Source: Candidatus Hydrogenedentota bacterium (GTDB taxonomy: Bacteria > Hydrogenedentota > Hydrogenedentia > Hydrogenedentales > SLHB01). Taken from it: DNA of 64,000 nt. A program made the position numbers and the translations under genes. The notes under the pieces were generated by a model. The model made no database searches. It was not told the DNA's origin and was given only the letters and a program-made list of their open reading frames with translations. This document shows, one piece after another, positions 18,004-28,312 of the stretch. The first letter of the stretch is position 1, and each line of letters opens with the position of its first letter. The stretch spans positions 288,001 to 352,000 of the forward strand of contig CAXXTH010000010.1 of assembly GCA_963668025.2 (NCBI GenBank), in the 5' to 3' direction.

Positions 18004-20595
18004 TCATTCCTGGATGTCGAATCGCGCAATCAAGACGCCCAGCAGCGCGGTTTCCTGTCCCTCGCCTACGCTGGCGGGAGAACGGCGGTCGGGAAGATGG
18101 AATACGAGCGTGTTTTCTTTTTGGAAATAGGATGCGGGAAAAGACAGCCGGACCGTTTCAGCGCGCGCGCCGGCCATCTCGATATATCCGGCGGGATGCC
18201 CGTTTAATTCCAGGCCGATTTTCTGCTTGCCAAAACTGCGCCCATAAAATGACACCACAGGATCCGTGGCATGCTCAAGATTGAAATGCAACGCAGCATA
18301 TTCATCAATACTCCATCGGCCGCTTCGGCCTCGATTGCCCCATCCCTTACCCACATAGGGATCGGATTCAGCATCGGTGAAATCAATACGCCGCACTCCC
18401 CGCCACGCCAGTATTTTGGGGTCTACCCATAACCCATGAGGAGGCGCTTCCGCCCCCGTGCTGTCCACGCGAAACTCGAACTGCACCGTTTCACCCGCAA
18501 GCGCTTGCAGCGACGATTGTACAGGGGCAAGCTGCTGGTCTTCGGGCCTGTTTTTCGGATCCAATTCTTGGGAGTAGATTTCGGTTATGCTTCCATCTGC
18601 GCGGCGCGCGGATATGCGGAACATAACCGGCGCAGAGGACTCCCAGAAGCGTTTCGGCACATAGGGGGCCGCGAGCAGGCTGCTTTCATCCCGCACGGTA
18701 TAAGGCGGAAACACAATAGTCTCGCCCGGTTTGAGGAGTATGCTATCGTAGAGCTTTTTCTCAATGAGCACGGGAATGCTTTTGGGGACAGCCCCAGCGT
18801 CGGAGGACTCTATCCTGGCTTCATCCATGGCCTTCAAGAACCGGTAATCCACCATGGCAATTTCATAGATGGTTCCGATTTCACCTTCATATATTAGGCG
18901 TGCGCCGCGTTTTTCCAGGTAATCGGACAGGAAAGCATATTCCCGTTTGAGGGAATACTCTTCCGGCCCTTTTCCAGGCGAAACATAATGCGTGCGCCCA
19001 AAGCCATAATATGTCGGTTTTTTGGTGCGGTCGGCAATGCGGTTATCCAAGCCGGTTTTCGCCACCAGAATATACCGGATGTCATGCTTGTCCACCAGAT
19101 CCTCGAAGGAGCGCTGGTTAAACGGCTGCCGGTAGAGATAGCGAGCGCCATCCCCCAGATAGAGGTCTGACGTGAGGAGGTTGTCCAATGCATAATAGAG
19201 GTGGGGTGTCAGGAGGATGCGGTTTTGCGAATCCACTCGGTTTTTCATGATGTCGTATACAACACGCCGAGGATTGGGCTCTCCCAGTTTCGCGTTCCAT
19301 GGCATGATGGGGCCCGCGCTGGCGGCCAGCCCCAATACCAGGAGAACCATGATCGCCTGTTCCGTACGTTTCGCCCAAATGCCGCGCGCCGCGTTACCGC
19401 CCCGCCGCTTAGCGAACGCACACAGGCCAGCCCGAAGCGCTCTTTTAAACCATATGGCGATACCCAAGAACAAAAATGGCGCGACAGGGATGAATAAACG
19501 CCCATGGCCCAGCCCCATATCTGGTTTCGCGATGGCCACCAAAGACGCATAGGCAAAGTACAACACAAAGGGGAAATACAACCATCGAAGCGCCGCAAGC
19601 CGCACTCGCTTCCCGCGCCATAAACACCAGGCCGCCGTGGCCGCCGCCATGAAGGCGCTTATCCCCAAGGCCGCGATGCCGGCATGAAAGGAGTATTCAC
19701 CAAAATAATATGCATCCACCGTATCTAGAATATGAAGAAAATCCAATCCATGCTTGTAGAATGGCGGGGAGGTTCCGGGAGCCGACAGCACGCTGGCTTC
19801 GCGCTCGATTTTTTCCGTGATCTTTCCGGTCACTTCTTCCGGCCGGTAAATCAGGCTCCACAGGGCGTAATGCATGAGGAAAGCGAAACAGAACAAGCCA
19901 CACGCGGCGGCAAACCGCCTAAATGCATGCTTTCGCCGCCACAATGCAGCAGCGTCAAGAGCCAGCATGAAAATAAACGGGCCAACAAGCACCGCCAGTT
20001 CTTCATGCGTATGTGCGGCGGCTCCAATCAAGAAGCCTGACAATCCCAAGGAAATCCAATCCCATCGGGCTGGAAGATTTTTATGCCGCACATAGCTCAA
20101 AAAACAATATATGGCCAGCAACACGAACGTCGCGGAATGGGCATGGACATATTCGCCTCGCACCAGTTCAACAAGGTTCGGGGAAAAGGCATAAAGAATT
20201 ACCGGACATAAGGCAAGCCACCGGCTGCGGGTAATCCGAATGGCGATGAGAAAAATCAGGAGTATGTTCAAGGAATCGGCAAGGCCGTTTAACAGCTTGA
20301 TCGCATAATCAGTGGGCCCCAAGAGCCGTGTAACCAGCCCATACAATAAGAAGGAAACAGGACGGTATACGGGCCGGCCCGTGCCGGTAATGTCAAAATA
20401 ATGGAAATTCCCTGCCGCCCACTCCACCCCGGCCCGCCAGTAGCATATGGCGTCGCCTTTTTGGAGGCCTACGGTAAGGATGTGGGCTAGGCGCACATAA
20501 ATGGCGGCCAGCCAGAGCAGTCCGAACAAGAGCACAGGCAGCACGGGAGCACTTAGCCGGAACAGCTTGCTAAGATGAGCCTTATATGGAGGCAT
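18004..20595 (-). CDS. GT-C (ArnT/PMT-like) membrane glycosyltransferase with large soluble C-terminal domains
   Basis: GD-x2-Y and YRP motifs, many TM helices, then beta-rich C-terminal domains. Confidence 0.8.
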   Translation of the reverse strand: MPPYKAHLSKLFRLSAPVLPVLLFGLLWLAAIYVRLAHILTVGLQKGDAICYWRAGVEWAAGNFHYFDITGTGRPVYRPVSFLLYGLVTRLLGPTDYAIKLLNGLADSLNILLIFLIAIRITRSRWLALCPVILYAFSPNLVELVRGEYVHAHSATFVLLAIYCFLSYVRHKNLPARWDWISLGLSGFLIGAAAHTHEELAVLVGPFIFMLALDAAALWRRKHAFRRFAAACGLFCFAFLMHYALWSLIYRPEEVTGKITEKIEREASVLSAPGTSPPFYKHGLDFLHILDTVDAYYFGEYSFHAGIAALGISAFMAAATAAWCLWRGKRVRLAALRWLYFPFVLYFAYASLVAIAKPDMGLGHGRLFIPVAPFLFLGIAIWFKRALRAGLCAFAKRRGGNAARGIWAKRTEQAIMVLLVLGLAASAGPIMPWNAKLGEPNPRRVVYDIMKNRVDSQNRILLTPHLYYALDNLLTSDLYLGDGARYLYRQPFNQRSFEDLVDKHDIRYILVAKTGLDNRIADRTKKPTYYGFGRTHYVSPGKGPEEYSLKREYAFLSDYLEKRGARLIYEGEIGTIYEIAMVDYRFLKAMDEARIESSDAGAVPKSIPVLIEKKLYDSILLKPGETIVFPPYTVRDESSLLAAPYVPKRFWESSAPVMFRISARRADGSITEIYSQELDPKNRPEDQQLAPVQSSLQALAGETVQFEFRVDSTGAEAPPHGLWVDPKILAWRGVRRIDFTDAESDPYVGKGWGNRGRSGRWSIDEYAALHFNLEHATDPVVSFYGRSFGKQKIGLELNGHPAGYIEMAGARAETVRLSFPASYFQKENTLVFHLPDRRSPASVGEGQETALLGVLIARFDIQE

Positions 20596-20848
20596 GCAGA
20601 GTCTCCATTTTTCCCGTGTTACATGTACGCGCCATCCAGATACAGCCTCGCCCGGGATTCCCCTCAGTATCCGGTAAGAGCCTGAATCGTATGCATATAG
20701 GGTAACTGAACCACACCCATTCTAGCGATCAGGCGTAGACTGCGCAAGCGCTTTTCCATCTTTTTTTTCATCATTCCCGCAAGAAAATAGCTAATTTTGC
20801 AGCCTCCTACGAAATATCGCTTTATGATTGGCGCAAGGCCAAACCAAG

Positions 20849-20903
20849 AAAAAAAGCTCCTACGGGAGCGCTTCACACCATGAGCCGCCCACGTGGGAGC
20901 TTT
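20849..20903 (-). terminator. Putative intrinsic terminator of the porin gene
   Basis: Imperfect aaagctcc...ggagcttt stem with a T-tract on the minus strand. Confidence 0.5.
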
Positions 20904-20922
20904 ATTCCATATATTGGCTGGA

Positions 20923-22485
20923 CTAGAACGCCAGCGTCGTTAGGAAGTAAACGTAATCCACATCCTCATCGCTCCGCCCGCCAATATTCGCCAAGCCGTT
21001 GCCGTCGGTGAATGCTACGCCGCTGCCAATCGCATCGCCCACGAAAAAGTGGGTGTATCCCGCTTCGAAGCTCAAGTCTTCCGTATATTGGTACGAGGTG
21101 ACGAGAGCCGCCTGCCAGCCGATATCCTTGCTGTTTTCCGTGGTCCAGAACGGAAGGTTCGGCGCTACCGGCACGAGGAAGCGTCCCAGTCGGAAGAACA
21201 CAGGATTATCAAAGGGTTCGACGATCTGATAATGCCGTACCTGGAAATCGATTTCGATGGATTCCGTAGCGGCTATCGTCGCGCCTATATATGCTTTCCA
21301 GAAATTCGACATGGCGGACGCGTCACATAAGTCATCTTCCCGCCACAAGGAGAACAGGCGGTTGAACGATACGCTCGCCTCAGGCCGGTCAAACGGATTC
21401 AGCCATTCACCGAACGAGAGCTCCCTATTGTCTTCACCGCCATAATATGCCCCGCCAATGTACGCACGCGGTGTGAAACGCGTATCGAAGGTATAGCCTA
21501 TTTCGGCGTGGCCAGCCCATGCGCCAAATTCAGCCCTATCATCGCCATACAGTTCGCCCACGGGTACGAACAGAGCTCCTACGGAATCGGCGTCGCCAAA
21601 TTGGTATGCCATTTCCGCTTCGAAATCCAGCGCATTCCATTCGCCAGCGGCACGAAATCCCACGGTATGCAGATTCGTCACATCATAATCATCCAGCTCC
21701 AGCACGCCCTCGAGCCATTCCGCAGGCCAGGAGAAGTTGCTGTCATTAATGCCGCGCCCATCCCGCACCCACATCCAATAGGCGTCAAACGCCATATTAT
21801 CCACGCCTGTGTAGCTGGCGTATATGCCATAAAAATCGGCGTCGCCATCTTCTTCCGCCAATCCACTCTCGAAGAGTTTCGCCGCCCATGCATCCACGCT
21901 CCAAGCGTCAACGGCATAGGTTAAGCGCACCGCATCAAAGGACAGGCCCACACACGGGTCCGGACCCGGATCAGAGCCCACCAGCCAGCCGGAGCCGAAT
22001 TCCATCTCCTGGCGGCCAATCCGCAAGCGCAACGGAGCACCGAACATCTCATTCGCTTCGATATACCCTTGATACAGTTCGGTGCGGTTCACGCCCGCGC
22101 TGCGGAAATCCGCCCCCGTGATGTAGTTTGAGCGGAAATTCTCTCCCCAAGTGTCAATGTAGTCAAACTCGATAAACGCCTTCACGTTGTCCGAAAAATC
22201 GGCGCTTACATGCAAGCGGGTGCGCTGTTCATAATAACCCACCGAGTTGCCGCCCTCGCCCGCGCGAATGGCCGAAATCGTCCCATCCGGCCCAATGGCG
22301 CGCCCTGGAAGCCATGCATCGGGTATGCGCACCGCCGCGCCGCTGGTTTCGTAATAATTTGAATACCAAGCACCGTAGATCTCCAGTTTCCCGCCTACTT
22401 GCACATTCTGCAATTCCGCGGACGCTACACCTGCCAGTAAACCACACGCAAGCATCACCGCTGTCCATTTCGCTTTTTTACCCAC
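20923..22485 (-). CDS. Alginate export family outer-membrane beta-barrel protein
   Basis: Signal peptide. EQRTRL, LYQGYI, LRIGRQE and SFDAVRL motifs. C-terminal Phe. Confidence 0.8.
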   Translation of the reverse strand: MGKKAKWTAVMLACGLLAGVASAELQNVQVGGKLEIYGAWYSNYYETSGAAVRIPDAWLPGRAIGPDGTISAIRAGEGGNSVGYYEQRTRLHVSADFSDNVKAFIEFDYIDTWGENFRSNYITGADFRSAGVNRTELYQGYIEANEMFGAPLRLRIGRQEMEFGSGWLVGSDPGPDPCVGLSFDAVRLTYAVDAWSVDAWAAKLFESGLAEEDGDADFYGIYASYTGVDNMAFDAYWMWVRDGRGINDSNFSWPAEWLEGVLELDDYDVTNLHTVGFRAAGEWNALDFEAEMAYQFGDADSVGALFVPVGELYGDDRAEFGAWAGHAEIGYTFDTRFTPRAYIGGAYYGGEDNRELSFGEWLNPFDRPEASVSFNRLFSLWREDDLCDASAMSNFWKAYIGATIAATESIEIDFQVRHYQIVEPFDNPVFFRLGRFLVPVAPNLPFWTTENSKDIGWQAALVTSYQYTEDLSFEAGYTHFFVGDAIGSGVAFTDGNGLANIGGRSDEDVDYVYFLTTLAF

Positions 22486-22760
22486 TTGGCGCCACCTCCA
22501 TTCTCTGCCGAAAATTCAATTCCCGGCTATTATATCAACACGCTTCTCACAAGAAGTAACCCGATGCAAGTATTACAAAATATAAAAAAGTATGTCAACA
22601 CCCATCCGCATCTATTCGTGGTCTGAAATAATTCTCTTCAACGTGGTCATGCTACGCTTTCGTATCCCATACAGAACCTCGTCCAGCACTCATTCTTCTC
22701 ATAGAATTTTAAGCATGAATCTGCTTTTCCGCCGGGGCTTCACCCGCTATAATCTCCACC

Positions 22761-24449
22761 ATGAACATTTTAGGCATAGGCGGATACTCGCATGATTCGG
22801 CGGCGGTGCTGGTGTGTGACGGGCGTATCGTGGCGGGAGTGGCCGAGGAGCGGCTCACGCGCGTGAAACACCAGGGAGGCGTGCCGCGCGAAGCCGTGCG
22901 CTATTGCCTCGAAACAGCGGGACTAAAGCCGGACGACATTGACCATATCGGGTGCTACATGCGCCCAGGGCTTCGGCTGATGCGGCGCGCACCGTACCGC
23001 TTGGCGCAAATCGTGCGTTCGCCCAAGTATTCATTAGGCTATATAGCCTATGAAGCCATTCATAATACGCAATATGCGTGGGGTATGCGGAGCTTGTGCG
23101 GCAAGCGCACGAGGCTCCATTTCCTCGAACACCACCCGGCCCATGCGGCGAGCGCGTTCCTGGTGAGCCCCTATGACGAAGCGGCGCTGCTGACCGTGGA
23201 CTACATCGGCGAGTGGGCGGCCACGTGGATGGGCATAGGGCGCGGAACCCACATCACGCAGTTGGATGCGGTCAATTACCCCCAATCGCTGGGCGTGTTT
23301 TATTCGGCCCTCACGGACTACCTGGGCTTCCGCCGGGCCAGTGACGAGTATAAGGTCATGGGCTTGGCGTCGTATGGCGAACCGGCGTACTACGATGACT
23401 TCGCGCGGATTGTCCGGCCTGGCCCGAATGGGCGCTACACGATGGATATGTCGTGGTTCCAGTGCCAGTATCTGCCTGGCTCGCGGCTCGGGTACTTCTC
23501 GAAAAAGTTCATCGGGCATTTCGGCCCGCCGCGCCGGAAAGATGAGCCTATCGAGGAGCGCCACCGCAACATCGCCGCGTCGGCCCAGCGTATTCTGGAA
23601 GACGTGGTGCTGTCCATGGCGCGGGCGCTCGCGAAACGCACCGGGCTCAAACACCTGTGCATGGCGGGCGGCGTGGCGCTTAATTGCGCCATGAACGGGC
23701 GCCTGTTGCGCGAGGGGCCATTCGAGTCCATTTTCGTGCAGCCCGCCTCGGGCGACGACGGCATCGCCATTGGCGCGGCGCTCCAATTGCACCACCGGTT
23801 CACGGGCGCGCCCCGGGGTGAAGTGATGCGAGACGCCTGCATCGGCCCGGCGTATTCGAACGCCGAGATCCGCGCGTTTCTTGACCTCGCCAAGATCCCC
23901 TATATCGAAACAGATAATGCCCCTGAACGCGCGGCGGAGTTGATCGCCGAGGGGCTCATTGTCGGCTGGTACCAAGGCCGCATGGAATATGGCCCTCGCG
24001 CGCTCGGGTCGCGCAGCATCCTCGCCGACCCCACGCGGGCGGACATGAAAGATTTGATCAACAAATATGTGAAGCATCGCGAAGAGTTCCGGCCCTTCGC
24101 ACCGAGCGTGCTTGTCGAGCGGGCGGGCGAATACTTCGAAGGTTGCACCGAGTCGCCTTTCATGCTCTTCGTGTATCCCGTGCGTGCGGAAAAGCGCGCC
24201 GCCGTACCCGCCATCACGCATGTGGACGGCACGGCCCGCGTGCAAACCGTCGCGAAAGACGTGAATCCGAAGTATTACGCCTTGATCGAGGCCTTCGAAC
24301 GCCTGCGCGGCGCGCCGATGGTGCTGAACACCTCATTCAACGTCAACAAAGAGCCTATCGTCAATACCCCCGCCGACGCGGTGCGTTGTTTCTATAGCAC
24401 CGGAATGGACGCGCTAGTGCTCGGTGATTTCGTGGTGCGGAAGCGGTGA
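22761..24449 (+). CDS. O-carbamoyltransferase (NodU/CmcH family)
   Basis: HDSAA, EERLTRVKH, EHHPAHAASAF, EYGPRALGSRS and LNTSFN motifs. Confidence 0.95.
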   Translation: MNILGIGGYSHDSAAVLVCDGRIVAGVAEERLTRVKHQGGVPREAVRYCLETAGLKPDDIDHIGCYMRPGLRLMRRAPYRLAQIVRSPKYSLGYIAYEAIHNTQYAWGMRSLCGKRTRLHFLEHHPAHAASAFLVSPYDEAALLTVDYIGEWAATWMGIGRGTHITQLDAVNYPQSLGVFYSALTDYLGFRRASDEYKVMGLASYGEPAYYDDFARIVRPGPNGRYTMDMSWFQCQYLPGSRLGYFSKKFIGHFGPPRRKDEPIEERHRNIAASAQRILEDVVLSMARALAKRTGLKHLCMAGGVALNCAMNGRLLREGPFESIFVQPASGDDGIAIGAALQLHHRFTGAPRGEVMRDACIGPAYSNAEIRAFLDLAKIPYIETDNAPERAAELIAEGLIVGWYQGRMEYGPRALGSRSILADPTRADMKDLINKYVKHREEFRPFAPSVLVERAGEYFEGCTESPFMLFVYPVRAEKRAAVPAITHVDGTARVQTVAKDVNPKYYALIEAFERLRGAPMVLNTSFNVNKEPIVNTPADAVRCFYSTGMDALVLGDFVVRKR

Positions 24450-25579
24450 AGATTTTTATTCCCACCGTGGATTATCCGCCCATCGAGGGAGGCATCAGCA
24501 CCGTGGCGCTCGAAGTATCGCGCGCCTTGGCGGCTCGGGGTCACAGCGTCACTATCGCCGCGCCGTATTTCCCCGGCATGGACGCCTTCGACGCCGCCGA
24601 GCCCACCCATGTGCTGCGCTGGCGCGGGTACGGCCTCGGCCTGTTGCGCCTTATCCCGTTTCTATGGGCGGCATGGCCCCATGCGCGCCAGGCGGATTTG
24701 ATTCTCGCCATCAACAACACCTACGGCGGAGTGCTGGGCTGGCTGGCGCATGGACGTTTTGGCGCGCCTTATGTGGTGTTCGCTTACGCCTACGAATTCC
24801 TGAAATACCGCAAACACCCTCTCGCCGCGCGCCTGCTGCGGGGCATTTATGCCCGCGCGCGCGCCGTCATAGCCATCAGCGGCTACACGCGCACGCGCCT
24901 AGTGGAATTCGGCGTGGACCCCGCGCGCATCAAGGTTATACTCCCGGGAGCCACGCCCGCAACGCCCATATCCGCGGAAACGCTCGAAGCCGTCCGCGAA
25001 CGGTATGTGCTCGATTCGCGGCCCATTATTCTCGCCGTGGGACGCTTCATTCCGCGTAAAGGTTTCCGCACGCTCGTGCGCGCGCTCCCAGCGCTCCTGG
25101 AACGCCACCCGGATGCGCTGCTCGTGCTTGTGGGGCGCGGGCCCGATATGAGCCCCGTCTGTAAAATCGCCCATAAACTGGGCGTGCGCGAACATGTCAT
25201 CCTGCCGGGCCGGTTAGATGACGCCGAAGTAGCGGCGCTTTATGAGTTATGCGATGTCTTTGCCCTGCCCACGGGTGAAGGAGCAAACGGGCAAGTCGAA
25301 GGCTTCGGCCTTGTCTTCACGGAAGCGCACGCCCACGGCAAGCCCGTGGTGGCGGGACGTTCAGGCGGCGTCGAGGACGCCGTACTCGATGGCGAGACCG
25401 GTATTCTGATTCCTCCTGGCGATGAAGCGGCCTTGGCGGCGGCGATTCTTTCCTTGTTGGATGAGCCTTCCCGCGCCCACGCCATGGGCGAGGCAGGCCG
25501 CCGCCGTGTCGAATCGGAGCTGAATTGGACGCATTTCGTGGAGCGCCTGCTGGATGCGAGGTCTCTAAAAAATGAATAA
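24446..25579 (+). CDS. Glycosyltransferase family 4
   Basis: DYPPIEGGI, GRFIPRKG and EGFGLVFTEA motifs. Confidence 0.92.
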   Translation: MKIFIPTVDYPPIEGGISTVALEVSRALAARGHSVTIAAPYFPGMDAFDAAEPTHVLRWRGYGLGLLRLIPFLWAAWPHARQADLILAINNTYGGVLGWLAHGRFGAPYVVFAYAYEFLKYRKHPLAARLLRGIYARARAVIAISGYTRTRLVEFGVDPARIKVILPGATPATPISAETLEAVRERYVLDSRPIILAVGRFIPRKGFRTLVRALPALLERHPDALLVLVGRGPDMSPVCKIAHKLGVREHVILPGRLDDAEVAALYELCDVFALPTGEGANGQVEGFGLVFTEAHAHGKPVVAGRSGGVEDAVLDGETGILIPPGDEAALAAAILSLLDEPSRAHAMGEAGRRRVESELNWTHFVERLLDARSLKNE

Positions 25580-25633
25580 TATACTTATGATACGATAGGA
25601 TGTGCGTAGGAATTTACTATCTGTATATAATAT

Positions 25634-26333
25634 ATGTCCCGAAGGGACTATCCAACACAGCCCAGGGCCATCCGCCGCCTGAAAGGCAAGGATGACCCTG
25701 GGTAGGATGGCCCAATTGAAAACGCCCTGTAGGGGCGTCTCAAAGAGACAAACGGAGAAACGCTATGCCGCAATCGCTTGCCCATCTTGGATTGCACATT
25801 GTGTTTTCGACCAAAAACCGGCGTTCATGGCTGGAATCATCCGCGTTGCGTGATAGTCTGTATGCATATATTTCAGGGGTGCTGCGCGGACACGATTCAC
25901 CTGCGGTTATCATCGGAGGCACTTCGAACCACATTCATGTGCTGTGTCTTCTTTCTAGAAAAATAACGGTTGCGGAGCTGATAAAAGAAACCAAGCGTAC
26001 GGCGACTCTATGGCTGCGAGAGAAAACGCCGGATTGCCGTGATTTTCAATGGCAAGCGGGATATGCTGCCTTTAGTGTGAGCGCGTCCAGCATGGAACAG
26101 GTGCGGCAGTACATCCTGCATCAGGAAGAGCATCATCGAGAGATGGATTTTAGCGGCGAGTTTCGCAAATTATTGGAAAAACACGGCATCGAATATGATG
26201 AACGTTATGTATGGGATTAATCATTGGGACGCCCCTACAGGGCGTTTAGGTGGGGTCGTGCGCACCCAGGGTCATCCTTGCCTTTCAGGCTGCGGACGAC
26301 CCTGGGCTATGTTGGGTAGTCCCTTCGGGACAT
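25634..26333 (+). mobile_element. Y1 transposase flanked by ~110-bp multi-hairpin inverted repeats (RAYT-like element)
   Basis: Left arm 25634-25742 (atgtcccgaagggac...acgccctgtaggggcgt) is mirrored by right arm 26226-26333. Confidence 0.85.
25765..26220 (+). CDS. IS200/IS605-superfamily HUH (Y1) transposase, REP-associated type
   Basis: HIVFSTK, HIH (HUH), WQAGYAAFSVS and catalytic Y in YILHQ. Confidence 0.9.
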   Translation: MPQSLAHLGLHIVFSTKNRRSWLESSALRDSLYAYISGVLRGHDSPAVIIGGTSNHIHVLCLLSRKITVAELIKETKRTATLWLREKTPDCRDFQWQAGYAAFSVSASSMEQVRQYILHQEEHHREMDFSGEFRKLLEKHGIEYDERYVWD

Positions 26334-26355
26334 CCCTCGATGTCTCGGAGGCCCA

Positions 26356-27525
26356 ATGATGAAACGCTTCCGCGTGGCCCATATCATCACGCGCCTGTGC
26401 AAAGGCGGCGCACAGGAAAACACCTTCCACACCGTGCGCCTGGCGAACCGGGAGCGCTTCGATGTGGACCTCATCAGCGGGCCGACTTCTGGCGCGGAAG
26501 GCAGCATCGAGGACGCGGTGCGGGCGGCGGGCATCGAGATTCTGCGCGAACCGGACTTGGTGCGCAACGCCGCGCCGTTGCGCGACAGGCGCGCCTTGCA
26601 CAGCCTGGAACGCCGCTTGCGCGAAGAGCAGTATGACATTGTCCACACGCACACCTCGAAAGCGGGCTATTTGGGCCGCTTGGCCGCGGACCACGCGGGC
26701 GCGCCCATCATTGTCCACACGCCCCACGGGCACATTTTCGGCGGCTATTTTTCCCGCCCAGTCACGTGGTTTTACACGATGCTCGAACGCCATGCGGCGC
26801 GCGTGACCGACCGTTTCATCGCCCTGACGCAGCGGGGCATCGAGGAGCATCTGAAACAGCACATTGGCCGCCGCGAGCAGTGGCGCGCCATTTTCAGCGG
26901 CATTGACATCGCCCCGTTCGACGCCGCCATCGAGCGTCGCGCCGCCACGCGCCAGGCGCTGGGCATCCGCGAGGATGAAATTTTAGTGGGTGGCGTGGGG
27001 CGTCTTGAACCAGTCAAAGGATTCACGTATTTTGTCGAAGCGGCCCATGCGGCGGCATACGCCATGCCGGGCCTGAAGTTTATTCTAGCGGGGGACGGTT
27101 CGCTTCGGGATAAGCTCGAGCAGCAGGCGGAAGCCCTTGGCGCACGCATGCAATTTCTCGGATTACGGCACGATGTGCCCGATTTGATGGCCGCGCTGGA
27201 TATCTTCGTGCTGCCGTCGTTGAATGAGGGCATGGGGCGTGTGCTGCTCGAGGCGGGAGCGGCAGGCGCGCCATCCGTGGCCACCGCCGTGGGGGGCGTG
27301 CCGGATATCATCGTGGACGGGAAAACGGGCGTGCTCGTTGCCCCGCGCGAGCCAGCGGCGCTGGCGCGCGCCATCCTAGAGCTGGCGCACGATGCCTCGT
27401 TACGGACGAGTATGGGCGGCGCGGCCCGGGCGCGCATTGCGCCCGCATACAGCATCGAGTCGATGGTCCGCCAGATTGAAGACGTATACGAAGAACTGAT
27501 CGAGGAGAAACGGCTTGAATCCTGA
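26356..27525 (+). CDS. Glycosyltransferase family 4
   Basis: HIITRL-x2-GGAQ, VHTHTSKAG and EGMGRVLLEA motifs. Confidence 0.92.
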   Translation: MMKRFRVAHIITRLCKGGAQENTFHTVRLANRERFDVDLISGPTSGAEGSIEDAVRAAGIEILREPDLVRNAAPLRDRRALHSLERRLREEQYDIVHTHTSKAGYLGRLAADHAGAPIIVHTPHGHIFGGYFSRPVTWFYTMLERHAARVTDRFIALTQRGIEEHLKQHIGRREQWRAIFSGIDIAPFDAAIERRAATRQALGIREDEILVGGVGRLEPVKGFTYFVEAAHAAAYAMPGLKFILAGDGSLRDKLEQQAEALGARMQFLGLRHDVPDLMAALDIFVLPSLNEGMGRVLLEAGAAGAPSVATAVGGVPDIIVDGKTGVLVAPREPAALARAILELAHDASLRTSMGGAARARIAPAYSIESMVRQIEDVYEELIEEKRLES

Positions 27526-28237
27526 AGACGAGTATTTATCGCGGCAGCGCCTGCTGGTGATCGCGCCGCACGCTGATGACGAATGTTTCGGCTGCGCGGG
27601 CACCATGGCGCGCATTAAAAAACTCGGCGGCGAAGTGTTTGTGATCGTCTGTTCCGTGGGCGACCTCAAGCATTATGACGGTACGGACGCTACGGTGAGC
27701 GGGGCCACGCGCGAGGAAGAATTGGGCCACGTGATGGATTTCCTCCAGGTGGACGACTGGGATGTGCTCTACCGCGATCCGGCGCTCCATCTGCGCCTCG
27801 ACACCATTCCCCAACGCGACCTCGTGGCGCAATTCGAGCGCGAGAGCCGCCTCTCCCTCGACCGCCTGCGGCCTACCATGCTCGCCATTCCTGTGTCGTC
27901 TTACAACCAGGATCACCGCGCGGTCTATACCGCATCCTTTACCGCCGCGCGCCCTGGCGTGCCTTCCATCAAACCTTTCCAGCACGTCGTGCTGGGCTAT
28001 GACAACACGTCCCTGTTCTGGAGCCTCGACCGTGAGCATTTCCACCCATCGCTGTATATCGACATATCGGATTTCTTGGACGTGAAATTGAAAGCGCTGG
28101 CGATGCACCATTCGCAAATGCGCGAATCCATCCACCATTCAAGCCTGCAAAACGTCGAACACACCGCGCGCGTCCGCGGCCGCGAGATCTCCGTAGAAGC
28201 CGCCGAAGGCTATATGGTGTTCCGGCACGTGTTATGA
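27515..28237 (+). CDS. PIG-L/LmbE family N-deacetylase
   Basis: APHADDE and QDH motifs. Confidence 0.9.
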   Translation: MNPEDEYLSRQRLLVIAPHADDECFGCAGTMARIKKLGGEVFVIVCSVGDLKHYDGTDATVSGATREEELGHVMDFLQVDDWDVLYRDPALHLRLDTIPQRDLVAQFERESRLSLDRLRPTMLAIPVSSYNQDHRAVYTASFTAARPGVPSIKPFQHVVLGYDNTSLFWSLDREHFHPSLYIDISDFLDVKLKALAMHHSQMRESIHHSSLQNVEHTARVRGREISVEAAEGYMVFRHVL

Positions 28238-28312
28238 TTTACGAAGCGATAGAATTGAGAATAAAAAATCGTTTTGTTGGCATTTTAGGTGTATATTGTG
28301 GAGGTATTTAGA

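Noticed and set aside
23034-24245. Long antisense and alternate-frame ORFs (also 49843-50994, 52414-53634, 57591-58508, 59737-60783, 61820-62806)
   Set aside because: These are shadow ORFs of well-supported genes in high-GC DNA, with no recognisable motifs.
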